A stretch of 61,881 bases of DNA, filler included, from Perkinsus olseni (GCA_013115125.1; 10 parts of 10 records of this genome joined end to end with filler, not necessarily neighbours in it), one strand, 5' to 3'; numbered from the whole stretch's first letter, positions 25,458-38,536 are shown. The notes: generated from the sequence alone by a model not told the origin. Translations and numbers: made by a program.

Positions 25458-27239
25458 CTAAAATGTGACGGGGCCGACAGACCAGAGCAGATAACAATGG
25501 TTCCAATGAGGTCGCCAGAAAATGAGGCTAATCCAGGCGGAGAAGGTAACTCCCGAAGAGAACTGCCACTTATTTGGGAGATGATCAGCAGTAGCAGCAA
25601 CAATGTCGAAGGTGATGCTGGCTCCAGCTACCAGGACCGAGTGGCTCACACCAATCTTCCCATAGGCCGTCACGGTATTGTTCGGAGCTGCTGTGCACCC
25701 GAGTTCCCCGTTAATAGTGAAGTCGATGATGCTACCGACGACCGGCAAGTTGACGTCGAATGAGATGGAGGCCCCGACGGAGGCAGCGAAGGACAGAGTG
25801 CTGTTGGAGTAGTGTACACCTCCCTTAGCCGTAAGGCAGACCGTGATAGAGATGGAGATACCTTCACCCAACTCCCAAACCACAGCGCAACCGGAGGCCT
25901 TCACTGACAGGTCAAGCACCAAGTTCTTGTTGTCTGGTGCCAACGACAGTGACACGGCCAGAGCTAGTTCGGCTACTCGGCCTGGCTTGTTAACGTCGGG
26001 GAGGCGANNNNNNNNNNNNNNNNNNNNNNNNNNNNNNNNNNNNNNNNNNNNNNNNNNNNNNNNNNNNNNNNNNNNNNNNNNNNNNNNNNNNNNNNNNNGG
26101 AGGCGAATGCCAACGCTGAGACTGAAGCTTGCCTGGAAGCCACTCCCATCGGCTGATACGAAGAGGCAGAGCTCGTCCTTGTTCGTGCTGTTTTTGCACG
26201 TAGTTGGGTATTGGAACTCGAAAAGCGTCATCAGCCGCCTTGGAGCGTTGAGCTTTTGGAAGTACTCATGAGCGGCGGTTCCCTCTTCAACAGTGAAGAA
26301 AGGAATTACTTCAGATGGGCGCAGTCCGCGGCGTGCCAGCCAGGGGGTCGCCTCGGGTACCTCACTCGAGTAGGGAGGTATGTACCCGGAGAGGAGACTA
26401 GCGCGCAGGTTCGAGAAGCTGCTATCATCCTCAGTCGCCTCGTTATCATGGTCATCATCAGCTTCAGTGGCCGAAAACAGAGCTCCCCCTGGCGGAGATA
26501 CCTGATACAGTTCATACATGCGCTGTCGCGCATCTTCCACAGCAAGATGATGATCTCGCTTCTCAAAGCTCAAGATGCGCATCTCCTGGTGGACCACATG
26601 ACCATGCCTGCCGTTGGTGGCAACAATCCTGATGGGCTTCTGGTTCTCCTTATCCATGTACAGCGTCCAGGAGTCCGGCCCTAGGTTAGCCATGTAGATA
26701 GCGGAATAGTTAGCGCCTGTTGACTGGTCCACGCCGTCAAAACTCTGCTTGAACCACTCATTAACTTCCATACCATCCTTCTCCGAAATCCCTCGGAAGG
26801 CCCACCCGTCGGCTTCGAGTGTCCTTGATGAACAGAGCGGCATCGGTTTTGTATCAGCCGAGGAAGCCCGACTGCCGATAAAGACAGCCTCGCCGTTGAT
26901 CAACCTTTCCACTCTAACCGATTCACGGTCAGCAGTTCTCATGAAGTACTGGTAAGGGTAGCTTGGGTGAGCTTCGACTCTCACCTCCGAACCATCACTC
27001 GCTATGATCACATGGGACCTGGTCGTGAGAGTGCCATCCTCCATACCGGGTAGGGTGAGGCCAGCAGTCTCCATAGCGACAGACTTGCTGCAAGCTGGAG
27101 GCTTGCCGTGAGAGTCTCGGAGACTCTCGATACAGTGCAGCCTGGTCTCAAGATGGAACTCGTAGTGGTGTTGGGCTTGTTGCACAGCCGCCGCCGTCGC
27201 GACGCCAAGTAGACCTGTGAGTAGGAGAGGTCCTCGCAT
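25458..27239 (-). CDS. Intronless secreted protein of unknown function with a beta-rich C-terminal domain
   Basis: Signal-peptide-like MRGPLLLTGLLGVATAAA; long open frame; the internal N gap is flanked by a duplicated GGAGGCGA and probably closes to GIRLPDVNK. Confidence 0.75.
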   Translation of the reverse strand: MRGPLLLTGLLGVATAAAVQQAQHHYEFHLETRLHCIESLRDSHGKPPACSKSVAMETAGLTLPGMEDGTLTTRSHVIIASDGSEVRVEAHPSYPYQYFMRTADRESVRVERLINGEAVFIGSRASSADTKPMPLCSSRTLEADGWAFRGISEKDGMEVNEWFKQSFDGVDQSTGANYSAIYMANLGPDSWTLYMDKENQKPIRIVATNGRHGHVVHQEMRILSFEKRDHHLAVEDARQRMYELYQVSPPGGALFSATEADDDHDNEATEDDSSFSNLRASLLSGYIPPYSSEVPEATPWLARRGLRPSEVIPFFTVEEGTAAHEYFQKLNAPRRLMTLFEFQYPTTCKNSTNKDELCLFVSADGSGFQASFSLSVGIRLXXXXXXXXXXXXXXXXXXXXXXXXXXXXXXXRLPDVNKPGRVAELALAVSLSLAPDNKNLVLDLSVKASGCAVVWELGEGISISITVCLTAKGGVHYSNSTLSFAASVGASISFDVNLPVVGSIIDFTINGELGCTAAPNNTVTAYGKIGVSHSVLVAGASITFDIVAATADHLPNKWQFSSGVTFSAWISLIFWRPHWNHCYLLWSVGPVTF

Positions 27240-28485
27240 GGCGAGTAGGATCTGCTAAACGCAGTTCGGGAACAGAAAAATAACCCTAAAGGTGCTGAGC
27301 ATCCCGTATACTTCAGAAAGCGGACACTAGGTTACAACTAGCTGAAGGCTCTTACGCCCACCCGCAGCTGGAAGAGCCTCCACCGACGTCACGTCACCGA
27401 GGGCGGGCGCGGGGATGGCGGCTGTGGTGTCACGGGGGGGGTAGGTCACCAGGGGAGCTTCCGAACTGACAGGCCAGGCAACATAGCCTTGTTAACATTC
27501 ACTGCGAGCGTTCCTGCAAGGTTTGGGCGGCAGGACGAGCCTTGTCTTCCACGACTCCCGAGGGCACACAGGGACTAATGCAAAAACTGCCAACATGGTC
27601 AAGCCAGCTACCACCGCCGACAAGCGCAACGCTGTCAGTTTGGCTGCGGCCGGCTACTCATCTATAACCGTCATCAGTTGTATAAGTAAACTCTTACTGA
27701 AGAACAGGAGAGGGAGAGACTCTAACCCGTTTCCGACTTCTCAGTTATCGAGCAACTCACGTGCCGCACGCCAGGCGCTAGGATAGCCCAGACACTCGCA
27801 CGGACACTTTGTGCGACTGGACCCCAGCACTCGCATCATTCGCGTCACCGTCACCAACGACAGACAGGGTATCGGGTGCGGGCTAGATGGCAGCCGAAAG
27901 CCCTTGTCAATTCCATGAAATGCCGGAATCAACTTTGCTAATAGTGTCTTAAACTTGGCACATCTACCAAGTTGGTAGTACCAACAACGTCTGTTCTTCG
28001 CAGGTGTGGTGGCACGCGATCTCTGCACTATAACTCAGCATAGGTGAGTGTTTGAGATGAGGCTCAGAGAACGAGGAAACTGATCTCGCTATGGACTTAG
28101 GGAGAATGTAGCATGTGTAGATGTAGAATGTTCAGCGGCATGTCAAGGACTGCACGCGATCACTGAGACGAACGGAGGCCCACCGAGCAGAGGCGCGAAA
28201 GGGACAATGTGGGTACGCGGCAAGGGTGGAGGTTTCGTTGTCACAATAGTTATCACTGGTATCGCCCAATTGCTGTTGCATACTAGTGCTGTATCAATGG
28301 TGAAGGGATCTGTGGTATCGACTGGCTCGAAGGGTGATCAATAGTGCATCTCTATTGCTGAACCCACCGTCCACCGCGCTCAGTGAGTGGTCGTCAAGCG
28401 TTGCTTCAGGGACTCAGCTCATATGGAATCTGACTACCCGAGCGCAATACTCAAACAGTAGAAGGAAAAACTGGGGTCCGTAGAC

Positions 28486-29927
28486 TCAATCCGCTTTATC
28501 TTTGTTGCTGCGCGCAGCAGCGAAAATGAACATCACCAGCGCAGACGCCTTTGCCAGTTCCACAGTAATTTCCATCAGAGCCTCGGGAGACATCTCAACG
28601 CCGCACAGCCAATACCATCGCCCTTCTGCTGGGACCTCGCTCAGACACCCAAGCGTGAAAAGCATGTCGGCGCTGATCTTCTCTGGACACAGGAAGCTGC
28701 CTCTAGTCATGGTGCCCCAGAAGACAGTCTCCATCTCGCCGTGGCAGTCTCGGTGAACGAAAGGCTGACCGTAAGAATATCGGAGATTGTAGGGCGCCCA
28801 GTTTCGATAGACCAGGAGAGTGACAGCATGAGCCACAATGAAGGCCACAGCCATACCAAATACGTGGCGAGAAGTATTTAGCGGACGCTGGCCTGTGACA
28901 AGCAGTAGCGCTGCGACAGCTCCCGCGGCCTCCATCAAGTACAATGGCATCTCAGGTCGACCATAGAGTTCAACAATAGGATGGTAGAGCACCATGAAAG
29001 GGANNNNNNNNNNNNNNNNNNNNNNNNNNNNNNNNNNNNNNNNNNNNNNNNNNNNNNNNNNNNNNNNNNNNNNNNNNNNNNNNNNNNNNNNNNNNNNNNN
29101 NCAAGCGCAGTGGTAAAGGCCAGCTGGACCGCTAGGTATTGAATCCCTCCATAACATCCAAGGAGCATATATCTGGGATGACATATATCGGAAACAGCTT
29201 AAGAGGGATCTTTCAACGCTACAGTGGCTCCGTCCTTCCTGCTACCATCACCGACGCTTGTGTGTGATAGAAGTTGCCAATCTGAGAGATACTAGATTCG
29301 GTAGAGGCAACGCACGCGTTCGACGGAAATTCGGCTCGAATGGCCACTATCGGTCTCCCCGTCGGCAAAGGCGCACCTGCGGTGAGAGTATGGTGAAGAG
29401 TTCCACTATGGCTCCACTGAAGAGGCAGCCCAACCACAGCCCTAGACTGTTGCCAGCGTCTGAGAGGTAACAAACAACATCTTGGCAGGCTGGACTCGTG
29501 CGAGTTACTTCGATGCGTGAAAGCGTGATAGAACGTAGCAGCTGCGAAGATGAAGTAGAAGTACTCGGCTGCGATGTAAGAAGGGTTTAGCCTGACCACC
29601 ATCACAATGGAGCGGCCAGGCCCAACACGATGAAAACCTCACCTCCACAGTTCGTACGGGTTGTAGATGGTGAGGATAGGGCTGTCGTACACCGGAGTCG
29701 GAAATACGACATTTTCCCCCGTAGACAGCACTGCTGCGACGGATGTGGCAACCATGCGAGGGAGAGTCTCGATACAACGCTGAGCCTCGAAACTCAGTAA
29801 GTTGAACGCTTGCTCCCCAGTGGGTGCGAGCGCTCATGCGAAGAGATCCCCGTTTCAGTGCTCTGATAGACTTGAGGGCTTCTTGGCTAGCAGGACAGAT
29901 CTCTGAGCTCAGTTCTATCATGCTCAC
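28486..29927 (-). CDS. Multi-exon polytopic membrane protein
   Basis: Hydrophobic exons AEYFYFIFAAATFYHAF, IGNFYHTQASVMVAGRTEPL, MLLGCYGGIQYLAVQ, FGMAVAFIVAHAVTLLVY; start uncertain. Confidence 0.6.
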
Positions 29928-32086
29928 GTCAACTTCTCATGCGCTGGTCGCACAAGCCGCGCTGAACACGGTGCGGTGCGCACCAACGCAACGCAAACTT
30001 AGCAAAGTCTTACACAAGTATTCCAAACGAAAGTTTTCATTGAAAAGTTCGACTCGCCTCTTTCAGTAAAAGACCCGATCCAAAAGGCTTTCAGTGATGA
30101 AGTATTCCGCCTCCGGTTAGATTCAACGGCAATTAGAAGCAACAGTAGCCGCAGTGAGGCCATTTGTGAGGCCCACAAAGTGTGAGTACGTAGACAATGC
30201 CACGGCAAAGTCACACGAAGCCTCCATTCCACCTGCTCTCTCACCGTACTTAGCCATCGCTAGCCTCTGTTACGCGGCACTGATGGGTGTGTGTGCCACA
30301 AACTGTGTAATCTTATAGTCCAACACCAGTACCGACTTAGTTGAACTTCTACTGATGTGCTCAGCTCATAGAGGCTTCATGCACCGTAGTGATGCATCAT
30401 CTCGCACAGAAGGGATGTATTTGGGTCGTTTCATGGCGATCTTGATTGTACAAAGCGGCTACAGATACAACAAGAATACGTCGACGTTAGTGACATATCG
30501 CTAATCATAGCAAATATGGGTAGTTTCCGTCAAGTGTACGAAGCAGTTGGAGCCTCCAACTTGGATTGATCACTTTCAACTCCGGTGCGTCGTGGTGATG
30601 ATGATGCTAGGGCTCAGTAATGAAGCTTGAGGGTCGAGAGGTTTCCGGACTTTATCGCAAGTTGCGATAAATCCGGTGGACGGCAGGCACATAAGAATCA
30701 CTGGCGAGACCTTCATAATAGAAAGTTATCGGTGTAAAGTCTATATCACTATGATACGGGACGGAGACGCGTGTCACAACAGATCAGCACGCATGTACAT
30801 CGTGTTAATTCCCCTGGCGAATGAAGGTGGACTCAGACCGCAAGGAGAGCTCGATGTGGAAAGCAGTAATCAAAATCCGGTTCACCACTCAACAATCTTA
30901 GCAATGGGAAAGACAAGAGGCGAATGCTGAGCAGCGAAGAGCGGATTGCTCGTGGGCCAAACCCCAAAACCACAAACCTCTAANNNNNNNNNNNNNNNNN
31001 NNNNNNNNNNNNNNNNNNNNNNNNNNNTTAATTAATTAANNNNNNNNNNNNNNNNNNNNNNNNNNNNNNNNNNNNNNNNNNNNTTGACGAACACGAGCCG
31101 TTCTCAGACAAGTGCCCCCCGTTCGACCCGACTTTGGTTTTCGCGGGTGACCACTCGCTATTAGAAGCTGTAAGGCGTGCCCAGTAGGAACCGCCTAGAA
31201 TGGAAGCTTTTCACTGCGAGCAATTGCTTCAGTGTTCGCATACAACAACAATCTTCAAGCAGTTTGTTCCACCAGATCCGTGCACCAATGATCCGTCTGA
31301 CTGCCCTGACGTCACTTGTTGCGACTATTCACACTCTGACTTTGAGTCGTGGTGATGCGATCAAAATATCAGCTTCGCCTGGTTTGTCAGGATACGAGCC
31401 GGGACTACCGGTAAGGTTGGGAGGAAAGGCAACCGGAAGTGGATGGAGTGCATTCGTTTCAGGATATCAATGTTGAGGTAGGACTGCTACTGATATACCG
31501 GTTACGCGCCTCTCCGCAGTTGCACTATCCTGCTGCCGCTGATTACGCCCTTGGCCGTAATCTACGGCTCGCTAGACTGCAAATGCAACAGCGAGTAGTG
31601 GGGAAAGACATAGCAGCACAATCCAGAGACATAAAGATTTTATTTCAAGGAAGCCAAACGTAGGCTTAGTTTACGTGGCGGAGCGTACTATCGACGCTCT
31701 CCGAAGAGCGAGCCTAGTCTCAACTTGAGACTTGAGGCTCTTAAGTGGTAATGATATATGAAGTGATTTGATAGCCGCATCAAGAGGACACAGTCCTGGT
31801 GGTGGAAGCCGGATAGAAAATACCTTGGCCGAGGGTAGCCTTGCCTCGAAGACATCCCGAAGCGTGTATTTGCCATATTGAATTGTGCTGTAGTGACTAC
31901 AGTGTAGTCGATAGGAACACTGGAACGAGGAAGGAGATGACAAGCACTGTCACGCCCCGTATTACTATTCTGGTCCGTGCCCCGAAACCATGGATTTCGC
32001 GGGCCTGAGTCCTCTCGAAAAAGGTCATCTTGCTCGTGAATGTGGTTCCCACTATGCTTCTAGCAAGGTGTGGAACACCACTACAT

Positions 32087-32147
32087 CATGTGTAGTCAAA
32101 ATCCGACTTGCACACCTGATGTGTAAGTCGGATTTTGACTACACATG
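32087..32147. repeat. Palindrome with 28-bp arms (one G-T mismatch) and a 5-nt loop
   Basis: CATGTGTAGTCAAAATCCGACTTGCACA-cctga-TGTGTAAGTCGGATTTTGACTACACATG. Confidence 0.93.
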
Positions 32148-33867
32148 CCCGGTATCGAGGGGTCCAGAAATCGGGGAGTTTTCTTCAGATTCAGAATGGG
32201 TGGAGGTATACGCCTAGCGGCATGTGATCTCCTCCCACAGAATATGCCAGGCCTTGCCCAACTTTGTATGGCCGGAGGTCATAGACCAGGAGGTCATGGA
32301 GGTCATTGACCTCCAGAACCATAACAGGGTGACGAAAGTGCACTTGTCGCCGATATATGTGATGTCACCTGGCCATGTATGGTCTGAGCTCCGTCGTAGC
32401 AACCTTCATCCTCTTAATTGATATCCGGCCTCGAGAATTAGTATGCGGTAGACTGTGTGAAGCAGCATACTGTGTGATAGCTGCTGCTTGAATATATTCT
32501 ATTCAACATACCACTCGAGTTGGATGAACGAGGTTCTCCTTCTCGGTACGCTGACCTCGATCGTCTCGAGCTATCCGAGCGTTGGCCTGCATGTTGATAT
32601 AACTCTCTCCTCGCGAGGGGGCCGCACAACAACGGGTTGGTCCCAAAATCTAGGATTACAGCTAGTCAACTAAGTTCAGCTGTTCTCAGGTGAATTGCCT
32701 ACATATCGACCCATGCCGTCGGAAGGGAGCGAACCGTTCGCTAAGTTTGCGCCGCCGAGAATCAATGCTTTTGTAGAAGATCGACTTTCATCCAAGCGAA
32801 TTCATGAATGAGAAAGAGCGATATCCGATACGACAACGGTTCTCGGGTTCTCGGAGAACCCGGACCGACAAACGAGACATGTTGGTAGCTTTGTGGCAGC
32901 GCACTTTAGGGCGCCGAGATATTCACTTTGTATGCGGGATCGATTTCACGAAGGAAATCTTCAAGAGTAATTCCCGTGTGGGCGGAAGATTGCATCTCGT
33001 TGGAATACTTGCCTCCGATAATTTGTAGTTCTCCTCTTCCTGTTTAGGAGGCACGCGAATGCCGAGCCTGACGAGTCGAAGAAGCGCCCAGCTTTACTGA
33101 GAGGGGCATACGGGCGAATCTACTCGAAAAGGCCGAAATCTTCCTCTGTGGAAGTTCCTCAGAGAAAAGCGTCTTGAGCGGAAGAGCGGGCCCGGTCGCC
33201 CAATGCCAAATGAGAATTTTTGCGGTGAATTGATCCTGCCTGATTCTTCGAGCTAAGTTGAACAGGAGGAATGTTGTGACTCTTGTTGGAGAGCAGCTGC
33301 CTCTGAAGCTAAGAGAGTTTGTGGTCGAGAGTCTCGACTCGAGACAATTCCGTCAGCGAGACGGTGGACTGTTTATTACTCAACAAATTAGATTCTAAGC
33401 GGCGACGTAGCGGTCGATTGTCGTCTGCGAGGTGTGCGAGTTTAAACTAGTTTAGACTAGCGTCGATTTATCTTTTCGTAGGGAACGGTTCAGTTTGCTG
33501 AATACGCCCTGTTCATTAAGCCAGGAATGCTGGTCTCAGTGTGAGGTCATCGCCAGCCAGGGTATTTCCTTCCTTCCCGGCAAAATCTGCTTACACAACT
33601 GCGGGAGCAGTGCAAAACCACGAAGCACTAGCGCTTACCGCACTGCGGGAAGGTGTGCTCCCCACACTTGTAGTGACATGCTGCCAGCTTGTCCACCACA
33701 AGCATCATACCCGAGATTAGAAAAGTCCACGCTCTAGCTTAGACCACCTCTTACTGAAGGCTGCCATTCTTGTTGGCAAAGTGACAGACACATTAGAGAA
33801 GTGACCTCTTCACATGAATTTAATACGCAGTGGAGTGCAAAGTCTAGGCTAGAAAGTATCCACTTAA

Positions 33868-33939
33868 GCCATTTGGCCGCGTGGTTAACTTGTATACTTG
33901 CTAACCGAAAGACCCCGGGTTCAATCCCTAGGTCTGGCT
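33868..33939 (+). pseudogene. Degenerate tRNA pseudogene
   Basis: 72 nt; A-box-like TGGCCGCGTGG, B-box GGTTCAATCCC, GCCA/TGGC ends; D and anticodon stems do not pair. Confidence 0.55.
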
Positions 33940-34227
33940 GATGCGCGATACTGTCTCCGGCTACAGCTGATAAAGCCAATAATCGATTAAGCTAAATTAG
34001 CTGTAACACCATTGATTGTACTATTGAAAGTTTCAATTTGAAACGGTTAACTCACTAATCTTGACATTTCTTATATTTCCTTATGTCCTCTCCCGCTTTG
34101 CGTTCAATTTACGCATCTGTCTGCGGGCAAGTATCTAACCTAAAACACGACTCAAATGAAGTGAAAACATGATCGAATCAATCATCTGGCTGATGCTTCC
34201 CACACGACAGGTCGACCGGACGTCGAA

Positions 34228-37051
34228 TTATCGTCCATCGGGGATGATGTTAGATACATCCTTGGAGTCATCGAGAGGGATGATAAGATTATCTGATAAA
34301 ATTATGAAATAGAGGGACCGACCCACCGGCGTACTAGATGATGGCAAATCATGAACATCATCGTCGAACTGCAGGACCAGGTTATCCAAATCCAATGGCC
34401 AATGAGTTCTCTTATACACTCAAAGTCTGAGAAGAATGACGAGTATGAATAAATAAGGAGAGTCCTGGATCCAACCTGAGATCGGCAATACTCATACTAG
34501 GAGAAACTCGAACGTTGATTGGTTGTCTACCGTCGAGTGGGAAGATCTTCAACATACCTGAATTGAATCGTCATTTCGAAGCTCAGTTCAGAGACCGGGC
34601 AGCTGATACTCAGAGTTCTTCCGATTTTATCATTCCGGATCGTCCCCACATGTCCGATTAGGTTAGAGTTCCCTTCCACTAGGTTAGTTGGGGAAGCCGC
34701 ACTCTTCCTACACCACGGAGTTTGGGTTAGCGCAGCAGATGGCTAGACCGAATCGCCAAATTGCAACCCGCGGCCCGTAAACCTGGCCCGGAGACGATCT
34801 CGGCGGAGGCCGCAGACCGACGTCCAGTACCGAGACAGGACCGCGGTCTATAAGGTGGTAGGTCTATAAGCCAGTACTGCGAGATGATGGCGAGTCGCGC
34901 AGCTAAACGCCGACTCGCGCATCACCTCCACCGTGGCGTGGATGGGTGGGTTGGAAAAGAAAATATCACAACCACAGGCCGAGGCCTCGCTACTGAGGAG
35001 CCGCTGGTAACATGAGCGGAAGTCGAGGAGCGTCACGGCAGCCATATGCTGGTCACAAACGCAGGCCGGTCCCCGAACGCAACGCCGAGAATCTTTTCGC
35101 TGTGCGCGGTAAGAAACCGTCATTGCGGGACCCGCAACTAACCTTGTCCACTGCGTAAACATCATTAAGGACGAATCGCTTTCAGCCGTTGGATGAGTCT
35201 TCCTCCTGTTGATGCGTCAGCCCCGGAGACTGAGTAATCATCACATGAGAGATGGCGGTGTAATACGTACCTGGTGGGCCGCTGGCAACCCATCAAAATC
35301 AACAGTTGTCCAAATGGAGAATCTCACCGTTCGGCAGCAATACGCTGCTTGTTCGTAATTGATGAGCCATTCAGTTCCTCGAGATCACAGAATAATGATC
35401 ATATTAGTAACTACAGTACATACACGATGCAAAATGGAGCCACTGATCAACAGCCTTCTTAGCTTAGTTGGTAGAGCACCCGCTAAGTAAGCGGGAGGTC
35501 GTCGGTTCGATTCCGGGCCGGAGTCTCCGGCAGAAAGCTCCTCTGGGATCCACCGACAGCCTGTTTTATCGGGAGCCCCCCTCCTCAATTGAAAGCCCTC
35601 AGTAAGTATCCAGAGGTCGCAGTTATACCAAGCTATACTTAGAGCTTAAGAGAGACGTTCAGTACGTAATAGCGAAGCGAACAACTCGGCAATCCCACCC
35701 GATTCGAACATCTCACTTGACGCGACCGATCGGCAGCCGATCCAACTGGGCTGTCCGAAGTTGCTCCGTCAACCGAGCCATCGCACTTCGCTTTCACGTA
35801 ACTTCAAATGAATCAGGTCGCCACTCCACATCACTCGTGGACTTACCCGTCGTAGATTGGATTGTCCGTGATACGCAATGACACCAACTTCGGCATCGCC
35901 TTCGCTAACTCGCCGATCCAGCGCCAATCTTTGATATCGTTCCGTGAGATTGACAATTCTCTTATCGCGGAATTATCAGGCGTGGACGAGGGGAGTTCAT
36001 CGCCGAGTTTGTTGCCGCAGAGAACTGCCTTCTCGACGGTCACCGGCAGAAGCTGCAAAACTCCACTTAAATCGTCGAACAGGTTGTCCATCATGACGAC
36101 CGTCGTCAGGCAAGCGGCTGGTAAAGTCCCTCCCACTGTACGGTCATAGTCATTCGCTGATAGACTGATGAATTGTAAATTGTCAAGTCCCAATAGACAA
36201 TGCCTAGTCGCTTTACTTCACGGTATTAATGTCGAAGAGATGTCCAAACTCCTCAAATTCGGACATCCGTCAAATTCTCTTCCGCTTTTCACTTCTGGGA
36301 ATTTGTTGAACCGATTTCCGGGGAGGGATAAGTTCTCGAGGTTCGACAGAGCAGCGAGGAGAAGATCAACTTCATGCCAGTCGTGTGAAAGAGAACTTTT
36401 TAAATTCAATTCGCGGACTCGAGTTAACATATCGGTGAGTTGATCTGAGGTTGGGAATGTCGATCATTCGACTTCTCTTCTCTTACTCAATTTAGGCGCC
36501 CCCAGTGTTGCCAATTCGCTTCCTTCCAACCCAACATATTCAAGTTTGTCCACTTCCGCCTGAAAACTTCAAATGTCGTTGGTGAAATTAAAAGATATTC
36601 CCCTCGAGTTGTCGGCCGTCCTGACGTATTACCAGTTTGCGTTTGACGTCCTCCTCGCCGACCATCCAACTATCTTCATATTCAACAGAGGTTTGATATT
36701 TCTCTCGGAGGCATTGCCGAAGGTCCTTGCCGAAATTAACCTAAGCATGAGATAATTACCATATTAACCGGCCACTGAATATTCACATTCTTCACTTTAG
36801 CGAAGGTACCACATTTTTGTCGACGCGTGTCGAAATATTTAATACCATCAAATGTACCATCTTGACGATCGGGATCGACTTCATCCAATTCGATCCTGAG
36901 CAGCCAATCGCAGACCATCGTCATCGTCGTTGTTGTTCTACCCGATACGCTGTTGTCGTTGGTTTGGTAAATTACCAACCCATTCTTCAGTACCCTTGTC
37001 ATTGGACGGATGAAGTACCACTCTTCGACCAATTAAACCATCAGACATCAT
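34228..37051 (-). CDS. TBCE: Tubulin-specific chaperone E (CAP-Gly, LRR, ubiquitin-like); central part possibly disrupted
   Basis: IGRRV...KGT..WVG.LP...GIELDE...QDGTFDGIKYF...GTFAK (CAP-Gly); LRRs RELNLKSS, LENLSLPGNRF, LRSLDIS, LVSLRITDNPI; short C-terminal UBL-like exons. Confidence 0.75.
35453..35515 (+). pseudogene. tRNA-Thr(AGT) pseudogene lacking the 3' acceptor strand
   Basis: GCCTTCT-TA-GCTT AGTTGGTA GAGC-A-CCCGC TA AGT AA GCGGG-AGGTC-GTCGG TTCGATT CCG, then unrelated sequence; U33 replaced by A. Confidence 0.8.
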
Positions 37052-37418
37052 AACATTAACAACTATGCCGTTTAATAAGCAAAGTGCGCACGTGCGGACA
37101 TCTGTGTAGTATGCTCTCTCGAAGGGGCGGGGTTGGTGTAGTTGGGGATGGACTAGAACGCAAGTAGAGTTCTTNNNNNNNNNNNNNNNNNNNNNNNNNN
37201 NNNNNNNNNNNNNNNNNNTTAATTAATTAANNNNNNNNNNNNNNNNNNNNNNNNNNNNNNNNNNNNNNNNNNNNCAGTCGGGACACTAGGTGTCCCGCTG
37301 TGCACACAATATAACACAGCATCTCTCCGCGCCGGTTTTAACCTAGAGATCAGAACTGTCTGCTCCTATGGCAGTCTCCCTACTATACACAATCGCCGTT
37401 GAACGCAATTAAATACTA

Positions 37419-37490
37419 CAACCCTGGGGGGACTTGAACCCGCAACCTTCATCTCCGGAAACCGACGCGCTTCCATTGCGCCACAAGGTC
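37419..37490 (-). tRNA. tRNA-Arg(CCG), weak anticodon stem (possibly pseudo)
   Basis: GACCTTG TG GCGC AATGGAA GCGC G TCGGT TT CCG GA GATGA AGGTT GCGGG TTCAAGT CCCCC CAGGGTT G. Confidence 0.65.
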
Positions 37491-38015
37491 GATTGAACTA
37501 CCGTTATGTTTGCACGAGGAGGAAGGATACCCTTTGTGCAGTATGCACTGAGATTTTTACTGGTTCACGGAGAGTATCGCTAGAGGCTAGGGTCAACTGC
37601 AGCGAAAGTGATTCGGTCGGGCGGGCGAGACTTGACTCGCGGTGAGTGTTACAGAAGTTTAGAGGTCTAACACCAAAAGACTGGGGTGATGAGCAAGAAT
37701 TTTCCAGTGGACTGGGTGACGGGTATTCCAGTTCGAGAACCCTATTTCCAGATGATCTGATTCCTGGGTAGGTCGAACGGTTAGAAAGAAAAGACAATGC
37801 TTCCTGGGGTCCTCTATGGCGTGTCCGAGTGCACTTGTGTTGCTACAACGTCTCGGCGCTGGATTACTAACCAGCTTCCCTTTCGAGAAACAGAGCCGAA
37901 GCTCCAATCCGATGCGCTAATTCTGTCAAAAGGCAGCAAGTGAGCTACTGTATGCCCTCCAACATTTAAATGAACGCCCACCACCGGCCAGCACTGTATG
38001 TCGCAACAAGTCCCG

Positions 38016-38089
38016 GCTCTGGTGGCTCAATCGGATAGAGCGTTGGACTTCTAATCCAAAGGTTGCGGGTTCAAGTCCCCCCCAGAGTA
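38016..38089 (+). tRNA. tRNA-Arg(TCT)
   Basis: GCTCTGG...CCAGAGT acceptor; perfect anticodon arm TTGGA CT TCT AA TCCAA; T-loop TTCAAGT with one C-C stem mismatch. Confidence 0.85.
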
Positions 38090-38536
38090 GATACACATCA
38101 GATCGGAACTGTCTGTTCGTATGACAGCCCTTCCTTACTATTGAAACCTCTGATCTGCGAGTTTGGGAGGGGGCAGTAGCCGCTGGCCGCAGGACGAAGC
38201 CCGAAACACGAACCCGCGACCTGTGGCCGGCGGCGACTGCAAGGTGGTCGGTTCCCCGTGACTGGTCGCCCATGGCTCACCAGACACGCGAGGAACCAAC
38301 TACCTCTCGCTAGACCTCGGTTAAAAAAAATCTGAACCTCAAACCAATTTGAGGTTATATGATAGCCATAGGGGATGGCAAAGCCTCAGCACGCAGAGAC
38401 CGAAACGCATGAGAAACGCGCGCGCCCGAGTCAGGCGATATTAGGGAGAAAACTCTCCGACTGATGTTTCACCTACGGAAAAGCCTGACGCGCTTTTCCT
38501 CCGATACACTTACGACGTTGAGCGCGAAAACAACGG

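Noticed and set aside
30957-30983. Telomere-like CCCCAAAAC at a contig end
   Set aside because: Fewer than two perfect units; not an array.
31084-33800. Numerous short ORFs
   Set aside because: No recognisable domains or coherent exon chain could be supported by eye.
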